Source: Polaromonas sp. (GTDB taxonomy: Bacteria > Pseudomonadota > Gammaproteobacteria > Burkholderiales > Burkholderiaceae_C). From it: a DNA stretch of 50,400 nt. Shown piece after piece: positions 18,611-28,199 of the stretch. The notes beneath the pieces were generated by a model. It had not been told where the DNA came from. It worked only from the letters and a program-made list of their open reading frames with translations, and searched no databases. The translations under genes were made by a program, and so were the position numbers. The stretch is taken from positions 1 through 50,400 of the forward strand of contig JAQGMZ010000145.1 of the NCBI GenBank assembly GCA_028292045.1. Direction: 5' to 3'. Within the stretch, counting starts at the first letter, position 1. The number at the start of each line of letters is the position of its first letter.

Positions 18611-19834
18611 TCAACCCCGCTTCATCACATGAGGCTCGTACTGCCTGAACACGATGGCCAGGCCGATGCCGCCCGCAGCGGTGAACAGCGTCGGCATCAT
18701 TCCCAGGTGCCCGGCCATCGCCCCCCACATCCAGCCGCCCAGGGCCATGGCGCCTTGAAACACCAGCAAATAAATGGCCAGCGCCCGTGACCGCATTTCC
18801 GGCGCAGCCTGAACCTGAATGGCCGTGACGGCGATGTTGGTGGACCAGGCCCACGCCATGCCGCCAACCACCATGCCGGGCGCAAGCCAGTAGATTGGCG
18901 GAGCCTGGGAGGCGAGCAGGGTGACGGCGGCGAAGGTGATGAAAGCGAAGGTTTCGATCTGCCGTGGCGTGAGCCAGCGGTGCAAGGTCGACAGGCTCAG
19001 CGAGCCCGTGACCGCGCCCACGCCCATGCAGCCCAGCAGCAGGCCGTAGGCGCCGGCTGTGCCACCCTGGCCGCCGGCTACCAGCGGCAGCAAGGCCCAC
19101 AGCGCCGCTGCCGGAAGGATGAAGAGGCCTGCCCGCAGCAACTGCACCTGCAGCTTGCGGTTGTGAAAGGCGTAGCGCAGGGCCGTCGTCAGTGCGGCGC
19201 TGAAGCTTTCAATCCTGGCATCGGGCGCGCGGTACGTCGGCAGGCTTTTGATGCGGCTGAGAAGCGCCAGCGAGACTAGCGCCAGCGCGCCGATAAAGCC
19301 AAACACCGCCGCCGGGCTCAGCCAGGCCATCAGCAGGCCCGCCAGCGCCGGGCCCACCGCACGGGCCGAGCTGAACGACGCGGAACCCAGGCTGATGGCG
19401 GCCAGGCGCAAGTCAGGCGGCACTGCGTCATTTTGCGCAATGAACCAGGACGGGCCCTGAATGGCGTAACCGATGCCATAGGCAAAGGTCAGGCACAGCA
19501 GCAGCCACGGTGCGACCCAGCCAAAAGCCACCAGGGTGGCGGTAACGATCGCCACCAGGGCCAGGCCGCCTTGAGAGATCTTGAGGAAGCGTCCCCGGTT
19601 GACCAGGAGGTCTGAAATCACGCCGCCCGGCAGCGCCAGCAGGAAGGACGGCAGGGTGCTGGCGGTCTGGATCAGGCCAACCTGCACCGCCGAACCCTGC
19701 ATCGAGACCATCAGCCAGCCGGCGGTGACCGTCTGCATCCACAGGCCCACGTTCAGGCACAGCGCGCCCAGCCATAGCTGGCGGTAAGTCGGGTGGCGCA
19801 GCGGCTCCAGTGGCGAGCCGGGGCCGAAAATCAT
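18611..19834 (-). CDS. MFS transporter (MFS_3/DUF894-like)
   Basis: About 12 hydrophobic segments; PLRHPTYRQLW...WMQ and ARAVGPALAG motifs. Confidence 0.88.
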   Translation of the reverse strand: MIFGPGSPLEPLRHPTYRQLWLGALCLNVGLWMQTVTAGWLMVSMQGSAVQVGLIQTASTLPSFLLALPGGVISDLLVNRGRFLKISQGGLALVAIVTATLVAFGWVAPWLLLCLTFAYGIGYAIQGPSWFIAQNDAVPPDLRLAAISLGSASFSSARAVGPALAGLLMAWLSPAAVFGFIGALALVSLALLSRIKSLPTYRAPDARIESFSAALTTALRYAFHNRKLQVQLLRAGLFILPAAALWALLPLVAGGQGGTAGAYGLLLGCMGVGAVTGSLSLSTLHRWLTPRQIETFAFITFAAVTLLASQAPPIYWLAPGMVVGGMAWAWSTNIAVTAIQVQAAPEMRSRALAIYLLVFQGAMALGGWMWGAMAGHLGMMPTLFTAAGGIGLAIVFRQYEPHVMKRG

Positions 19835-20622
19835 TTCCAGGACCAGTGGGGTTCGCGCTTGTTGCGGTAGGCGTCACTGGCTTCGGCCGAGTCGGCATAA
19901 CGGGTCACGCGGCCGGTGTAGTCCTGCTCGACGCGGTAGCCGTCTTTGAGCGGCAGGTCCTCGGCCCGGTTCATCGACTCCTTGGCCAGGCGCAGCCCGA
20001 TGGGGCTCATCTGCGCAATTTGCCGGGCGAGGGTGTAGGCCGTGGCCATCAGCTGGTCCGGCGGCACCACGGCTTCAATGGCGCCCAAACGGTAGAACTC
20101 CTGCGCGTCCACGAATTCGCCGGTGAAGAACATTTTGCGCGTCTTGTATGGGCCGACCAGGCGCTGCAGGTGGCGCGCCCCGCCGAGCACGCCGGCCTTG
20201 ATCTCGGGCAGGGAGAACTGCGCAGCGGTCGAGGCAACGATGATGTCGCAACTGGCCACCAGCGCCACGCCCGCGCCGATGGCCTTGCCGTTGACGGCGG
20301 CTATCACCGGCAACGGGCAATCCAGCACGGCATTGAAGCAGTCGCGGGGCACGACGCCGGGGTCCAGCAGGTCCACCGTCGTGTCGTCCCCGGCCAACTC
20401 GCGGGCATGGCGGCGCACCGAGTCCTTCAGATCGACTCCTGCGCAAAACAGCCGCTCGCCTTCTGCGGTGAAGACAACGACGCTGGCTTCGCGCGACTGG
20501 CCCAGCGCCTTGAAGACCTGGGTGATTTCGCGAAAAGTCTCTGCATCCAGCGCGTTGACGGGCGGGCGGGCCAGCGTCACCGTGGCAATGCGGTCGGCAA
20601 TTTCAAGGCGGATGTTTTTCAT
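19831..20622 (-). CDS. Enoyl-CoA hydratase/isomerase family protein
   Basis: RPPVNAL, FCAGVD, AAVNGKAIGAG, LPEI motifs. Confidence 0.92.
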   Translation of the reverse strand: MKNIRLEIADRIATVTLARPPVNALDAETFREITQVFKALGQSREASVVVFTAEGERLFCAGVDLKDSVRRHARELAGDDTTVDLLDPGVVPRDCFNAVLDCPLPVIAAVNGKAIGAGVALVASCDIIVASTAAQFSLPEIKAGVLGGARHLQRLVGPYKTRKMFFTGEFVDAQEFYRLGAIEAVVPPDQLMATAYTLARQIAQMSPIGLRLAKESMNRAEDLPLKDGYRVEQDYTGRVTRYADSAEASDAYRNKREPHWSWK

Positions 20623-20658
20623 GGTCTTGTCTTTTGATTTAGGAGGAGGTGTGGCCCG

Positions 20659-21738
20659 TCAAATGACCAGGCCGGCTTCAACCTGGGCGATGGCCGCCTG
20701 CAGGTCCTCGGCCTTGAGAGGGCGCACGAAGCGCTGCAGGCTCGGGCTGCCGAGCGTGCCCTGGATCAGCTGCGCCATTTCTGCGGGCAGGATGTTGGCC
20801 AGCTGCAACTCGACCAGCCGCGTCGGCAGGCCCAGGGTGGCGTACAGGTCCAGCATGTCGCGCAATTCGGCGGCTGGCCGCTGCTCCAGCGCCAGTTGCA
20901 CCAGCAGGCCATAGGCCACATGCTCGCCATGCAGGCTGCCCGCTGCGCGCGGCACCATCGGAATGCCGCGCGCCACCGCGTGCGAGACCGACAGCCCGCC
21001 ATTCTCAAAACTCATTGTGCTCAACAGCGTGGTGGCTTCGATCAGCGCCTCCACATCGTCGTTCAACTCGCCCTTTTCGATGGCGCTCAAGGCCGCAGCG
21101 CCATGGCGGAGAATCAGTGTGAAACACATCTCGGCCGCCATCAAGCCGGTGCGCGACGCCCGCGTGCCGTGCAGCGTGTTCGCGCCCGCGTCCACGCAGG
21201 CCTGGGCTTCGAATTTTTTTGAGATCGCGTCGCCAATGCCCGCCCGCAGGAAGCGCAGCGGGGCACTGGCCACAACGGCCGTATCGACCAGCACCAGCTC
21301 GGGGTTGCGCGGCATCATCCGCACCTCGACCATTTCATGCGCATCGTTGTAAATCGCGGCTGAAAAGCTGGCCGGCGCGTCGGTGGAGGCAATCGTCGGC
21401 ACGCTGGCAAAGCGGGCCTTGAAATGGATGCTGACCGCCTTGGCGGCGTCCAGCGCCTTGCCGCCGCCCACGCCAATCACCACGTCCGGTGTCAGATCAG
21501 CGGCTTGGGCGCAAAGCGCCTCGATGCTGGCGCCTGTCACTTCGCCGGAAAAATGGGCCAGCTGCAGCGCCAGGCCAGCTTCGGCATGGCTGGCTTCAAT
21601 ACGGCCCTGCAGCAGGGCGCGGATACCGGCATCGAGCACGACCAGAGGCCGCACGCCCAGCCGGGCCACTTCGACGCCCAGGCGATCAAGCACACCGGGC
21701 CCTTGGACATAGCGCGAGGGGGAGGAAAAGATCAGCAT
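20659..21738 (-). CDS. gldA: Glycerol dehydrogenase-like (family III metal-dependent polyol dehydrogenase)
   Basis: SPSRYVQG, GVGGGKALDAAK, PTIASTDAP, AGIGDA, FENGGLSVSH, LHGEHVAYG motifs. The symbol denotes family, not a proven substrate. Confidence 0.85.
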   Translation of the reverse strand: MLIFSSPSRYVQGPGVLDRLGVEVARLGVRPLVVLDAGIRALLQGRIEASHAEAGLALQLAHFSGEVTGASIEALCAQAADLTPDVVIGVGGGKALDAAKAVSIHFKARFASVPTIASTDAPASFSAAIYNDAHEMVEVRMMPRNPELVLVDTAVVASAPLRFLRAGIGDAISKKFEAQACVDAGANTLHGTRASRTGLMAAEMCFTLILRHGAAALSAIEKGELNDDVEALIEATTLLSTMSFENGGLSVSHAVARGIPMVPRAAGSLHGEHVAYGLLVQLALEQRPAAELRDMLDLYATLGLPTRLVELQLANILPAEMAQLIQGTLGSPSLQRFVRPLKAEDLQAAIAQVEAGLVI

Positions 21739-21782
21739 CTAAAGGCCTTGGTTAAAGGGGATGACGGGGATGGAACAGGACA

Positions 21783-21805
21783 ATAACAGATAAAGTGTCA
21801 GTTAT
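21783..21805. promoter_or_regulatory. Palindromic operator copy 4
   Basis: ATAACAGA-taaagtg-TCAGTTAT (1 mismatch) in the divergent gldA/rubredoxin gap. The spacer is the reverse complement of the copy 2 spacer. Confidence 0.85.
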
Positions 21806-21853
21806 AGGCTATGCTGTGCGGCACAACCTATACCTTCCCTTGACGGACTACTC

Positions 21854-22021
21854 ATGAAAAAATGGCAATGCTTGTTCTGCAGTTTCATCTATGACCAGGC
21901 GCTTGGCCTGCCCGATGAGGGCATAGCCCCGGGCACTTCTTGGGAAGACGTGCCGGAGGATTGGAGCTGCCCCGATTGCGGGGCGGTCAAGTCCGACTTC
22001 GTCATGATGGAAGTCGGCTGA
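21854..22021 (+). CDS. Rubredoxin (55 aa; absent from the ORF track)
   Basis: [55 protein letters not shown], with CxxC...WxCPxCG. Confidence 0.95.
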   Translation: MKKWQCLFCSFIYDQALGLPDEGIAPGTSWEDVPEDWSCPDCGAVKSDFVMMEVG

Positions 22022-22042
22022 TGCGCCAGACAGCTGGGTGAT

Positions 22043-24274
22043 CTAGCTGCGCGAGCGCGGCAGGCCCAGGCCCTGCTCCGCAATCAGGCTGCGCTGCACC
22101 TCGCTGGTGCCGCCATAGATCGTCATGCCGATCGCCTGGCGGTAGCCCAATTCGACCACGCCGGCATCTTCGGCATCTTCGAACAGCGATTCCGGCGCAG
22201 CCATGTCCATCAGCTCATTGGCGTCGCGCCAGTACATCTCGGTGCTGAACACCTTGGACATGGGCCCCCAGGCGGCGCGGCCCGGCACGCGTTCGTGCAC
22301 GCCCCAGATGGTGCGATGGCACAGCACTTCCGACACCATGGTGCGCACCGCCACGGCCGCCAGGCGCGTGCGTACATTGTCATGGTCGATCAGCGGCCGG
22401 CCATCGCGCGTCTTGCGCCGCGCCCAGGCCAGGGCATGGCGCAGCATCTGCCGGTAGCTCAGGCGGTACTGGTCGCCGCCGTGCTCCAGTTCCAGCGTGG
22501 CCGCCATCACGTCCAGGCCACCGTTGACGGCGCCGATGCGGTAGCGGTCATGCACCCGGACTCCGTCGAGATAGGTGATGTTGGTGCGCTCGTCCTGCAG
22601 CGTGTGGACCGGCTGCAGGCTGATGCCCGGCAGGTCCATGGGCACCAGGAACAGGCTCAGGCCCTTGTGCTTGGGCACGTCGGGGTCGGTGCGGACGAGC
22701 AAAAAGATGTAGTGCGCCAGGTTGCCCGCGGTGGTGAAGATTTTCTGGCCGTCGATCACCCAGTGGTCACCGTCCTGCACCGCGCGGGTGCGGGCGGAAA
22801 ACACATCGCAACCGCTGGACGGTTCGCTGAACCCCAGGCAGCCCAGCGCTTGTGCGCTGGCAAAGCGGGGCAGGGCTTCCCGTTTGACTTCGTCGGTGGC
22901 AAAGCGCATGACGATCTGCGCCACCTGGTTGGTGACGGGTCCGGTGATGCGTTCCCAGCCAAACTCCTCAAACACCTCGCCCAGCGCGGCCATGTCGAAC
23001 GGGCTTTTGCCGCGCCCGCCAAATTCCGCCGGCCAGTGTGGGAACAGCAGGCCGGCTTCGGCCAGCTGGCGGCTGAAGCCGGCATGGTAGCCCGCCACCG
23101 AATGATGCGCATGTGCGCGCAGTTCGGGCGTCATGTTCGTTTCGAAAAAATGCCGTACCTCTCGGCCAAAGGCTTCGGCTGCTTCGCCCACACCAAACTG
23201 CAGGGTCACCTCGCCCGGCACCGGCACCGGCACCTCGGCGCCGGACCACAGGCGGTTGGCCAGGCGCTGAAGTTCACCATGGGCATCGCCCAGCGGCAAG
23301 GTCCAGGCCCGGGCGCGCCGGTAGTAAAGCTGAATGTCGTATTCCAGCGAGACGCCATAGCCGCCAAAAGTGTGCAGCGCCCGCGCCGTGGCGCGTGGGG
23401 CCGACTGCGCTGCCCACCACCAGGCCATTGAAATGGCTGCAGAAGCTTCTTGGGGCCGATGCGCCAGCGCCCAGACAGCACGCCAGACCAGCAGCTTGGC
23501 GCCGTCAATCTCGGTCAGGGCATCGGCCAGCGGATGGGCAATGCCCTGGAAACTGCCAATCGCCTTGCCGAACTGGTGGCGCTCTGTGGCATAGGCGGCG
23601 GCCATGTCCAGGGCGCGGCGTGACAAGCCGGCCAGCATGGCGGCGTTGAGCAGCTTCCATTCCTCGATAGCGGCCAGGAATGCCGCCCGCGCCTGCGGGC
23701 CCTGCGCCAGCACCTGTGCGCCGCTCGGGCGTGTCGCACCCGGGGCGAGACGTGGAACGGCCATTGCGGCCGCGCCCATGCTGTGGCGGACATCCAGGTT
23801 TTCGCGCTCCACCAGCAGGACCGCATCGCCTTCGAGCAGCAGCGCGGCCTTGGCGCCGCAGCCGCCGGGGACGACTGTCAACGACTCCGCATTCAACTCG
23901 GCCGGCGCCATCACGACCAGCGCGCCACCCTGCACCCGCTCCAGCCAGGCGGCTGCCGCGCTGCCATCGAGTTGCGCCAGCAGCCGCGCGCCAGTCAAGG
24001 CTTCGGCCAGCGGCACGGCGGCCCCATGCGCGCCAGCAATTTCGGCCACCAGCACCGCCTCCAGCAAGCCCGTGCCGGCCGGCGCATCGGCTTCGGGCAC
24101 GCGCATGGTGGCAAAGCCCAGCTCAACCAATTGCTGCCAAAGCGCACGGTCAAAACCCGGCGTTGAGCCATTTGTTTCAGCGGCTCGAACGCGCTGGGGC
24201 GTCGATTCGGCGGCGAACAGGCGGGTTGCCGCTTCTTGCAGCATCTGCTGCTCGGGAGTCAGTAAGAGGTTCAT
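22043..24274 (-). CDS. Fused two-module acyl-CoA dehydrogenase (FadE34-like architecture)
   Basis: N-terminal half is small-subunit-like (RHQFGKAIGSFQGIAH, HTFGGYG). C-terminal half is large-subunit-like (LGFSEPSSGCD, DGQKIFTT, TIYGGTSEVQR). 743 aa. Confidence 0.92.
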   Translation of the reverse strand: MNLLLTPEQQMLQEAATRLFAAESTPQRVRAAETNGSTPGFDRALWQQLVELGFATMRVPEADAPAGTGLLEAVLVAEIAGAHGAAVPLAEALTGARLLAQLDGSAAAAWLERVQGGALVVMAPAELNAESLTVVPGGCGAKAALLLEGDAVLLVERENLDVRHSMGAAAMAVPRLAPGATRPSGAQVLAQGPQARAAFLAAIEEWKLLNAAMLAGLSRRALDMAAAYATERHQFGKAIGSFQGIAHPLADALTEIDGAKLLVWRAVWALAHRPQEASAAISMAWWWAAQSAPRATARALHTFGGYGVSLEYDIQLYYRRARAWTLPLGDAHGELQRLANRLWSGAEVPVPVPGEVTLQFGVGEAAEAFGREVRHFFETNMTPELRAHAHHSVAGYHAGFSRQLAEAGLLFPHWPAEFGGRGKSPFDMAALGEVFEEFGWERITGPVTNQVAQIVMRFATDEVKREALPRFASAQALGCLGFSEPSSGCDVFSARTRAVQDGDHWVIDGQKIFTTAGNLAHYIFLLVRTDPDVPKHKGLSLFLVPMDLPGISLQPVHTLQDERTNITYLDGVRVHDRYRIGAVNGGLDVMAATLELEHGGDQYRLSYRQMLRHALAWARRKTRDGRPLIDHDNVRTRLAAVAVRTMVSEVLCHRTIWGVHERVPGRAAWGPMSKVFSTEMYWRDANELMDMAAPESLFEDAEDAGVVELGYRQAIGMTIYGGTSEVQRSLIAEQGLGLPRSRS

Positions 24275-25401
24275 GCATGCATTTCAAAAAGTTCGCTGCT
24301 GCGCAGCAGGTGAAAGTCGGCGTCACCCAGCCGCTTGTCGAAGCTGACCATGGCCTTGTAATGGTGGCCCACCGCGTATTCCTCGGTAACGCCAATGCCG
24401 CCATGGAGCTGGATGCCCTGGCCGCTGACAAACAAGCCGGCCCGTGAAATCAACCACTTGGCTGCTGACAGCGCTTGCGCGGCAGCCAGTGGTTCGCCTG
24501 TCTCGACAGCGGCAATGGCGCGGTACAGGGCGGCTCGGGATTGATCGGTTTCGACGAACATCTCGGCCATGCGGTGCTGCAGGGCCTGAAAGCGCGCCAG
24601 TGGCTGGCCGTACTGGACGCGGGTCTTGAGGTAGTCGGCGGTCATGGCCATGACCGCCTCCATTGAGCCGATGGCGGCGGCGCACAGGGCCAGCAACGCC
24701 TGGTTGAGGGCGCTTTGCAGGGCAGTGTTGGCTTTGTCCGGCATCAAAAGCAAGGCATCGGCGCTCAGCGCGACATCTTCAAAGTGCAGGTCTGCTGCAT
24801 AAGTACCGTCGATCATCAGGTGCGATTGGACGGTTGCACCCGCTGCATTGCGTTCCACGGCGAACAGGGCAAAACCTTCATGGCCGTCGATGCGCGCCGT
24901 GGCCAGCCAATGCGATGCGCTGGCGCCATGGCGCACCAGATGCTTGGTGCCGCTGAGCCGCCAGCAATCGCCGTCGCGGCGGGCATGCGACGCGACACGC
25001 GCTTCGAATTCGCTGCGGTCGCCGCCTTCCATGTGGGCCAGGGTAACAATGGCGTCGCCAGCGGCCAATGCCTCAAGCAGCGCGGTCGGGCGGCCTTGCG
25101 CCTGCGCCAGCAAAGCGCCGCACAGCACGCTGCTTTCGACTACCGGCTCATTCACCAGGCCACGGCCGAACTCTTCCATCAGCAAGGCCATCTCGACCGG
25201 CCCACCGCCCAGTCCGCCCAGTGCTTCAGGCACCGGCAGCGCCAGCCAGCCCATGTTGGCGAAGTCGGCCCAGTGCACGCGTGAAAAACCGTCGGCGGTG
25301 CGCGACATCTCGCGCTTTTTTTCAAGCGTGCAGCGTTCGCGCACGTAGCGTCGTGCGGCCTCGGCCAGCATGCGCTGCTCGTCGGAAAAATTGAAATCCA
25401 T
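24271..25401 (-). CDS. Acyl-CoA dehydrogenase, small/beta subunit (PimD-like)
   Basis: MDFNFSDEQ, RVQYGQPLARFQALQHR, QLHGGIG motifs. Confidence 0.92.
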   Translation of the reverse strand: MDFNFSDEQRMLAEAARRYVRERCTLEKKREMSRTADGFSRVHWADFANMGWLALPVPEALGGLGGGPVEMALLMEEFGRGLVNEPVVESSVLCGALLAQAQGRPTALLEALAAGDAIVTLAHMEGGDRSEFEARVASHARRDGDCWRLSGTKHLVRHGASASHWLATARIDGHEGFALFAVERNAAGATVQSHLMIDGTYAADLHFEDVALSADALLLMPDKANTALQSALNQALLALCAAAIGSMEAVMAMTADYLKTRVQYGQPLARFQALQHRMAEMFVETDQSRAALYRAIAAVETGEPLAAAQALSAAKWLISRAGLFVSGQGIQLHGGIGVTEEYAVGHHYKAMVSFDKRLGDADFHLLRSSELFEMHA

Positions 25402-25413
25402 GCCTGTATTTCC

Positions 25414-26616
25414 TTAGAAACCGAACGCCACTTTGGCGATGATGTTCTTCTGTACTTCCTTGGCGCCGCCGAAGATCGTGCAGGCGCGCAGGTACATCTG
25501 GTCAACCGTGACGCCCGGCGTCACATCGGGCCAGAGCAGGTCGTCATCGGCATCGGCAAAGCCCTGCTCGCGGGTGTATTCGCGCAGCGCACGCGGCCCC
25601 AGCGCCTCGGTGGCGAGTTCGCTCAGGCTTTGCTGCAACTCGGAGCCGCGAATCTTCAGCACCGAGGCGCAGGCGGTCACGGGATGCTCCGAAGGCGCTT
25701 GCGCCAGCACCCGCAGCACCGACCACTCCAACGTGCGCACCTCGATTTCCAGCGCGGCCAGCTTGCGGCAAAAAGCCGGGTCTTCAATGAGTGGACGGCC
25801 GTTGCGCTGCTCGATGGCGGCAATGCTGCGGATGCGCGCCAGATCGCCGAAGGCCTTGTGGATGTCGGCGCTCGACGTGCGCTCATTGCCCAGCAAAAAT
25901 TTCGCCTGCGCCCAGCCCGTGCCCGGCTCGCCGATCAGGCTGTCTTTGGGCACGCGCACGTTGTCGAGAAAAACCTCGCAGGTGGACACGTCGCCGTTGA
26001 TCATCTGGATCGTGCGCACCGTCACGCCGGGCGTGTTCATGTCGAGCACGATCATCGAGATGCCCTGTTGCGGGCGTTCGGTCTGCGCTGTTCGAACCAG
26101 GAAAAAACCCATGTTCGAGTACTGCCCTTCGGTGGTCCAGAGTTTTTGGCCGTTGATGACCCACTCGTCGCCGTCGAGCACGGCCGTGGTTTTGAGGGCA
26201 ACCAGGTCCGAACCGGCGCCGGGTTCCGAAAAACCCTGAGCCCAGCATTCGTCGCCGTTCAGGATGGGCGGCAGGTAGCGCGCCTTTTGCGCCGGGGTGG
26301 CGAAGGTGTAGATCACCGGCCCCACCAGCTTGATGCCCTGCCAGCGCAGTTCGGGTGCATGCGCCAGGTGGCTTTCGTAGCTGAAGATGTGCTGCTGGAG
26401 CGGCGACCAGCCAGTGCCGCCGTATTCCTGCGGCCAGGCCGGGGCCGCCCAGCCGCGCTTGTTCAGCACGCGGTTCCACCAGAGGCGGTCGTCGTTGTGA
26501 GGGGGGTGCATGGCAATGCGGCTGCGGCGCGCCACTTCGGCTGGAATGTTCTCGCGCAGGAAGGCGCGGACTTCATCGCGGAAAGCCTGGTCGGCCGAGG
26601 ACAGATGCAGGTTCAT
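25414..26616 (-). CDS. Acyl-CoA dehydrogenase, large/alpha subunit (PimC-like)
   Basis: WAQGFSEPGAGSDL, INGQKLWTT, LGNER, TIFGGAKEVQKNII. The likely start is ATG 26616; the track ORF to 27108 overlaps the ligase. Confidence 0.92.
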   Translation of the reverse strand: MNLHLSSADQAFRDEVRAFLRENIPAEVARRSRIAMHPPHNDDRLWWNRVLNKRGWAAPAWPQEYGGTGWSPLQQHIFSYESHLAHAPELRWQGIKLVGPVIYTFATPAQKARYLPPILNGDECWAQGFSEPGAGSDLVALKTTAVLDGDEWVINGQKLWTTEGQYSNMGFFLVRTAQTERPQQGISMIVLDMNTPGVTVRTIQMINGDVSTCEVFLDNVRVPKDSLIGEPGTGWAQAKFLLGNERTSSADIHKAFGDLARIRSIAAIEQRNGRPLIEDPAFCRKLAALEIEVRTLEWSVLRVLAQAPSEHPVTACASVLKIRGSELQQSLSELATEALGPRALREYTREQGFADADDDLLWPDVTPGVTVDQMYLRACTIFGGAKEVQKNIIAKVAFGF

Positions 26617-26627
26617 GAAGGTGCCTT

Positions 26628-28178
26628 TCAGTGCGCGTGCTGCTGGCGCAGCAGCTTTTTGTCGATCTTGCCGGTCACCAGCTTGGGCAGCGTGGCCAGC
26701 ACGATCACCCGTTTCGGTTTTTTGTAGCTGGCGATCTGCGTCTTGGTGAAGTCGATGACCTCCTGCTCGCCGGGCTCGGCCGTGCCGGGGCGCAGCACGA
26801 TCAGGGCGCAGACGTTCTCGCCCCACTTGGGGTCGGGCAGCCCGATAACGGCACATTCGGCAACGGCCGGGTGGCGCAGCACGGCTTCCTCCACCTCGCG
26901 CGAGTAGATGTTCTCGCCGCCGGACAGGATCATGTCTTTTTTGCGGTCCACCAGGAACAAGAATCCGTCGTCGTCGATGTAGCCCATGTCGCCGGTGTGG
27001 ATCCAGCCGTCGCGCACGGTCTCCAGCGTGGCGGCGTGGTTGTTCCAGTAGCCGCGAAACTGTGCGACGAAGCGCGCCGTGATCTCGCCCGGTACGTTGC
27101 GCGGGCATTCGCTGCCCTGCTCATCGACGATGCGCGACTGCAGGTTGGGGTAGGGGTTGCCAACCGAACGCAAGCGCTGCCTTTCGCGCTCGGTGCCGCT
27201 CGGCTTGTGCTGCGACTTGGTCAGGGCGTACATGCAGATTTCGCTCTGGCCGTACAGGTTGACGAAGATGTCGCCGAACTTGGCCATGGCTTTTTCCAGC
27301 ACCGGCAGCGGCATCGGCGCGGCCGAGTACATCAAGGTGCGCAACTTGTCTCCCCTGACCTGGTCGATGGCCGGGTGCTCCATCACCATCTGCACCATGG
27401 TGGGCGCCAGCAGCAGGAAGGTGAGCTGGTCGCGGTCGAGCGCCTCAATTACCGCGCCAGGTTCAAACTGGCGGTGCAAAAAGACCGTGCCGCCGCGCAC
27501 ATGCAGCGTCAGGCTGATCAACATGCCGCCGATGTGGAACATGGGCATGACAATCAAGCCGCGCTCGGTCTGCTCCACGCCCGAGAGCCAGGCATCGACC
27601 TGGGCCAGGTGGCGGTACTCGCGGTGCCCCCAGATGCAGCCCTTGGGCCGGCCCGTGGTTCCGCTGGTGTAGATCAAGCAGGCGATGTCATCCTCGCGGG
27701 CGCGCTGGGGCGGGCCGGCCGGGTCACCGGTGGCCACGAAGTCTTCATAGCTCATGGCCCACTCGGTGCGTCCGCCAATGCAGACATAGGTGCGGATGCC
27801 CGGCAGCTGGGCGCGCAGCTGCTCGACCACGGGCAGGTACTGCGCCTCAAAAATCAAAACGGCCGGGCTGCTGTCTTCCAACATCATGCGCATTTCCGGA
27901 GGCGCCAAGCGCCAGTTCAATCCGGCCAGAATATAGGCCCCCCACTGGGTCGCGGCCATGACCTCGCCGAATTCGATGCAATTCATGGCCAGCATGGCTA
28001 CTCGCTCCTGGCGCCGGGTGCCCGCTGTGTGCAGTGCAGAAGCCAGTTGTCTGGCGCGTACCAGCAACTGCGCATGGGTGATCTGGCGGTCATCCTGCAC
28101 ATAGGCCGGCGTCTGGCCAAACCAGTTGGCGTTGTGTTCCAGGTCGTCGGCAAAGGACAGCGGCAGATGGGCTTGCAT
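26628..28178 (-). CDS. Long-chain acyl-CoA synthetase (AMP-binding)
   Basis: YTSGTTGRPKG, YGQSE, GWIHTGDMG, DRKKDMILSGGENIY motifs. Confidence 0.93.
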   Translation of the reverse strand: MQAHLPLSFADDLEHNANWFGQTPAYVQDDRQITHAQLLVRARQLASALHTAGTRRQERVAMLAMNCIEFGEVMAATQWGAYILAGLNWRLAPPEMRMMLEDSSPAVLIFEAQYLPVVEQLRAQLPGIRTYVCIGGRTEWAMSYEDFVATGDPAGPPQRAREDDIACLIYTSGTTGRPKGCIWGHREYRHLAQVDAWLSGVEQTERGLIVMPMFHIGGMLISLTLHVRGGTVFLHRQFEPGAVIEALDRDQLTFLLLAPTMVQMVMEHPAIDQVRGDKLRTLMYSAAPMPLPVLEKAMAKFGDIFVNLYGQSEICMYALTKSQHKPSGTERERQRLRSVGNPYPNLQSRIVDEQGSECPRNVPGEITARFVAQFRGYWNNHAATLETVRDGWIHTGDMGYIDDDGFLFLVDRKKDMILSGGENIYSREVEEAVLRHPAVAECAVIGLPDPKWGENVCALIVLRPGTAEPGEQEVIDFTKTQIASYKKPKRVIVLATLPKLVTGKIDKKLLRQQHAH

Positions 28179-28199
28179 GGGGCGCGGCTCCTTGGAGAT

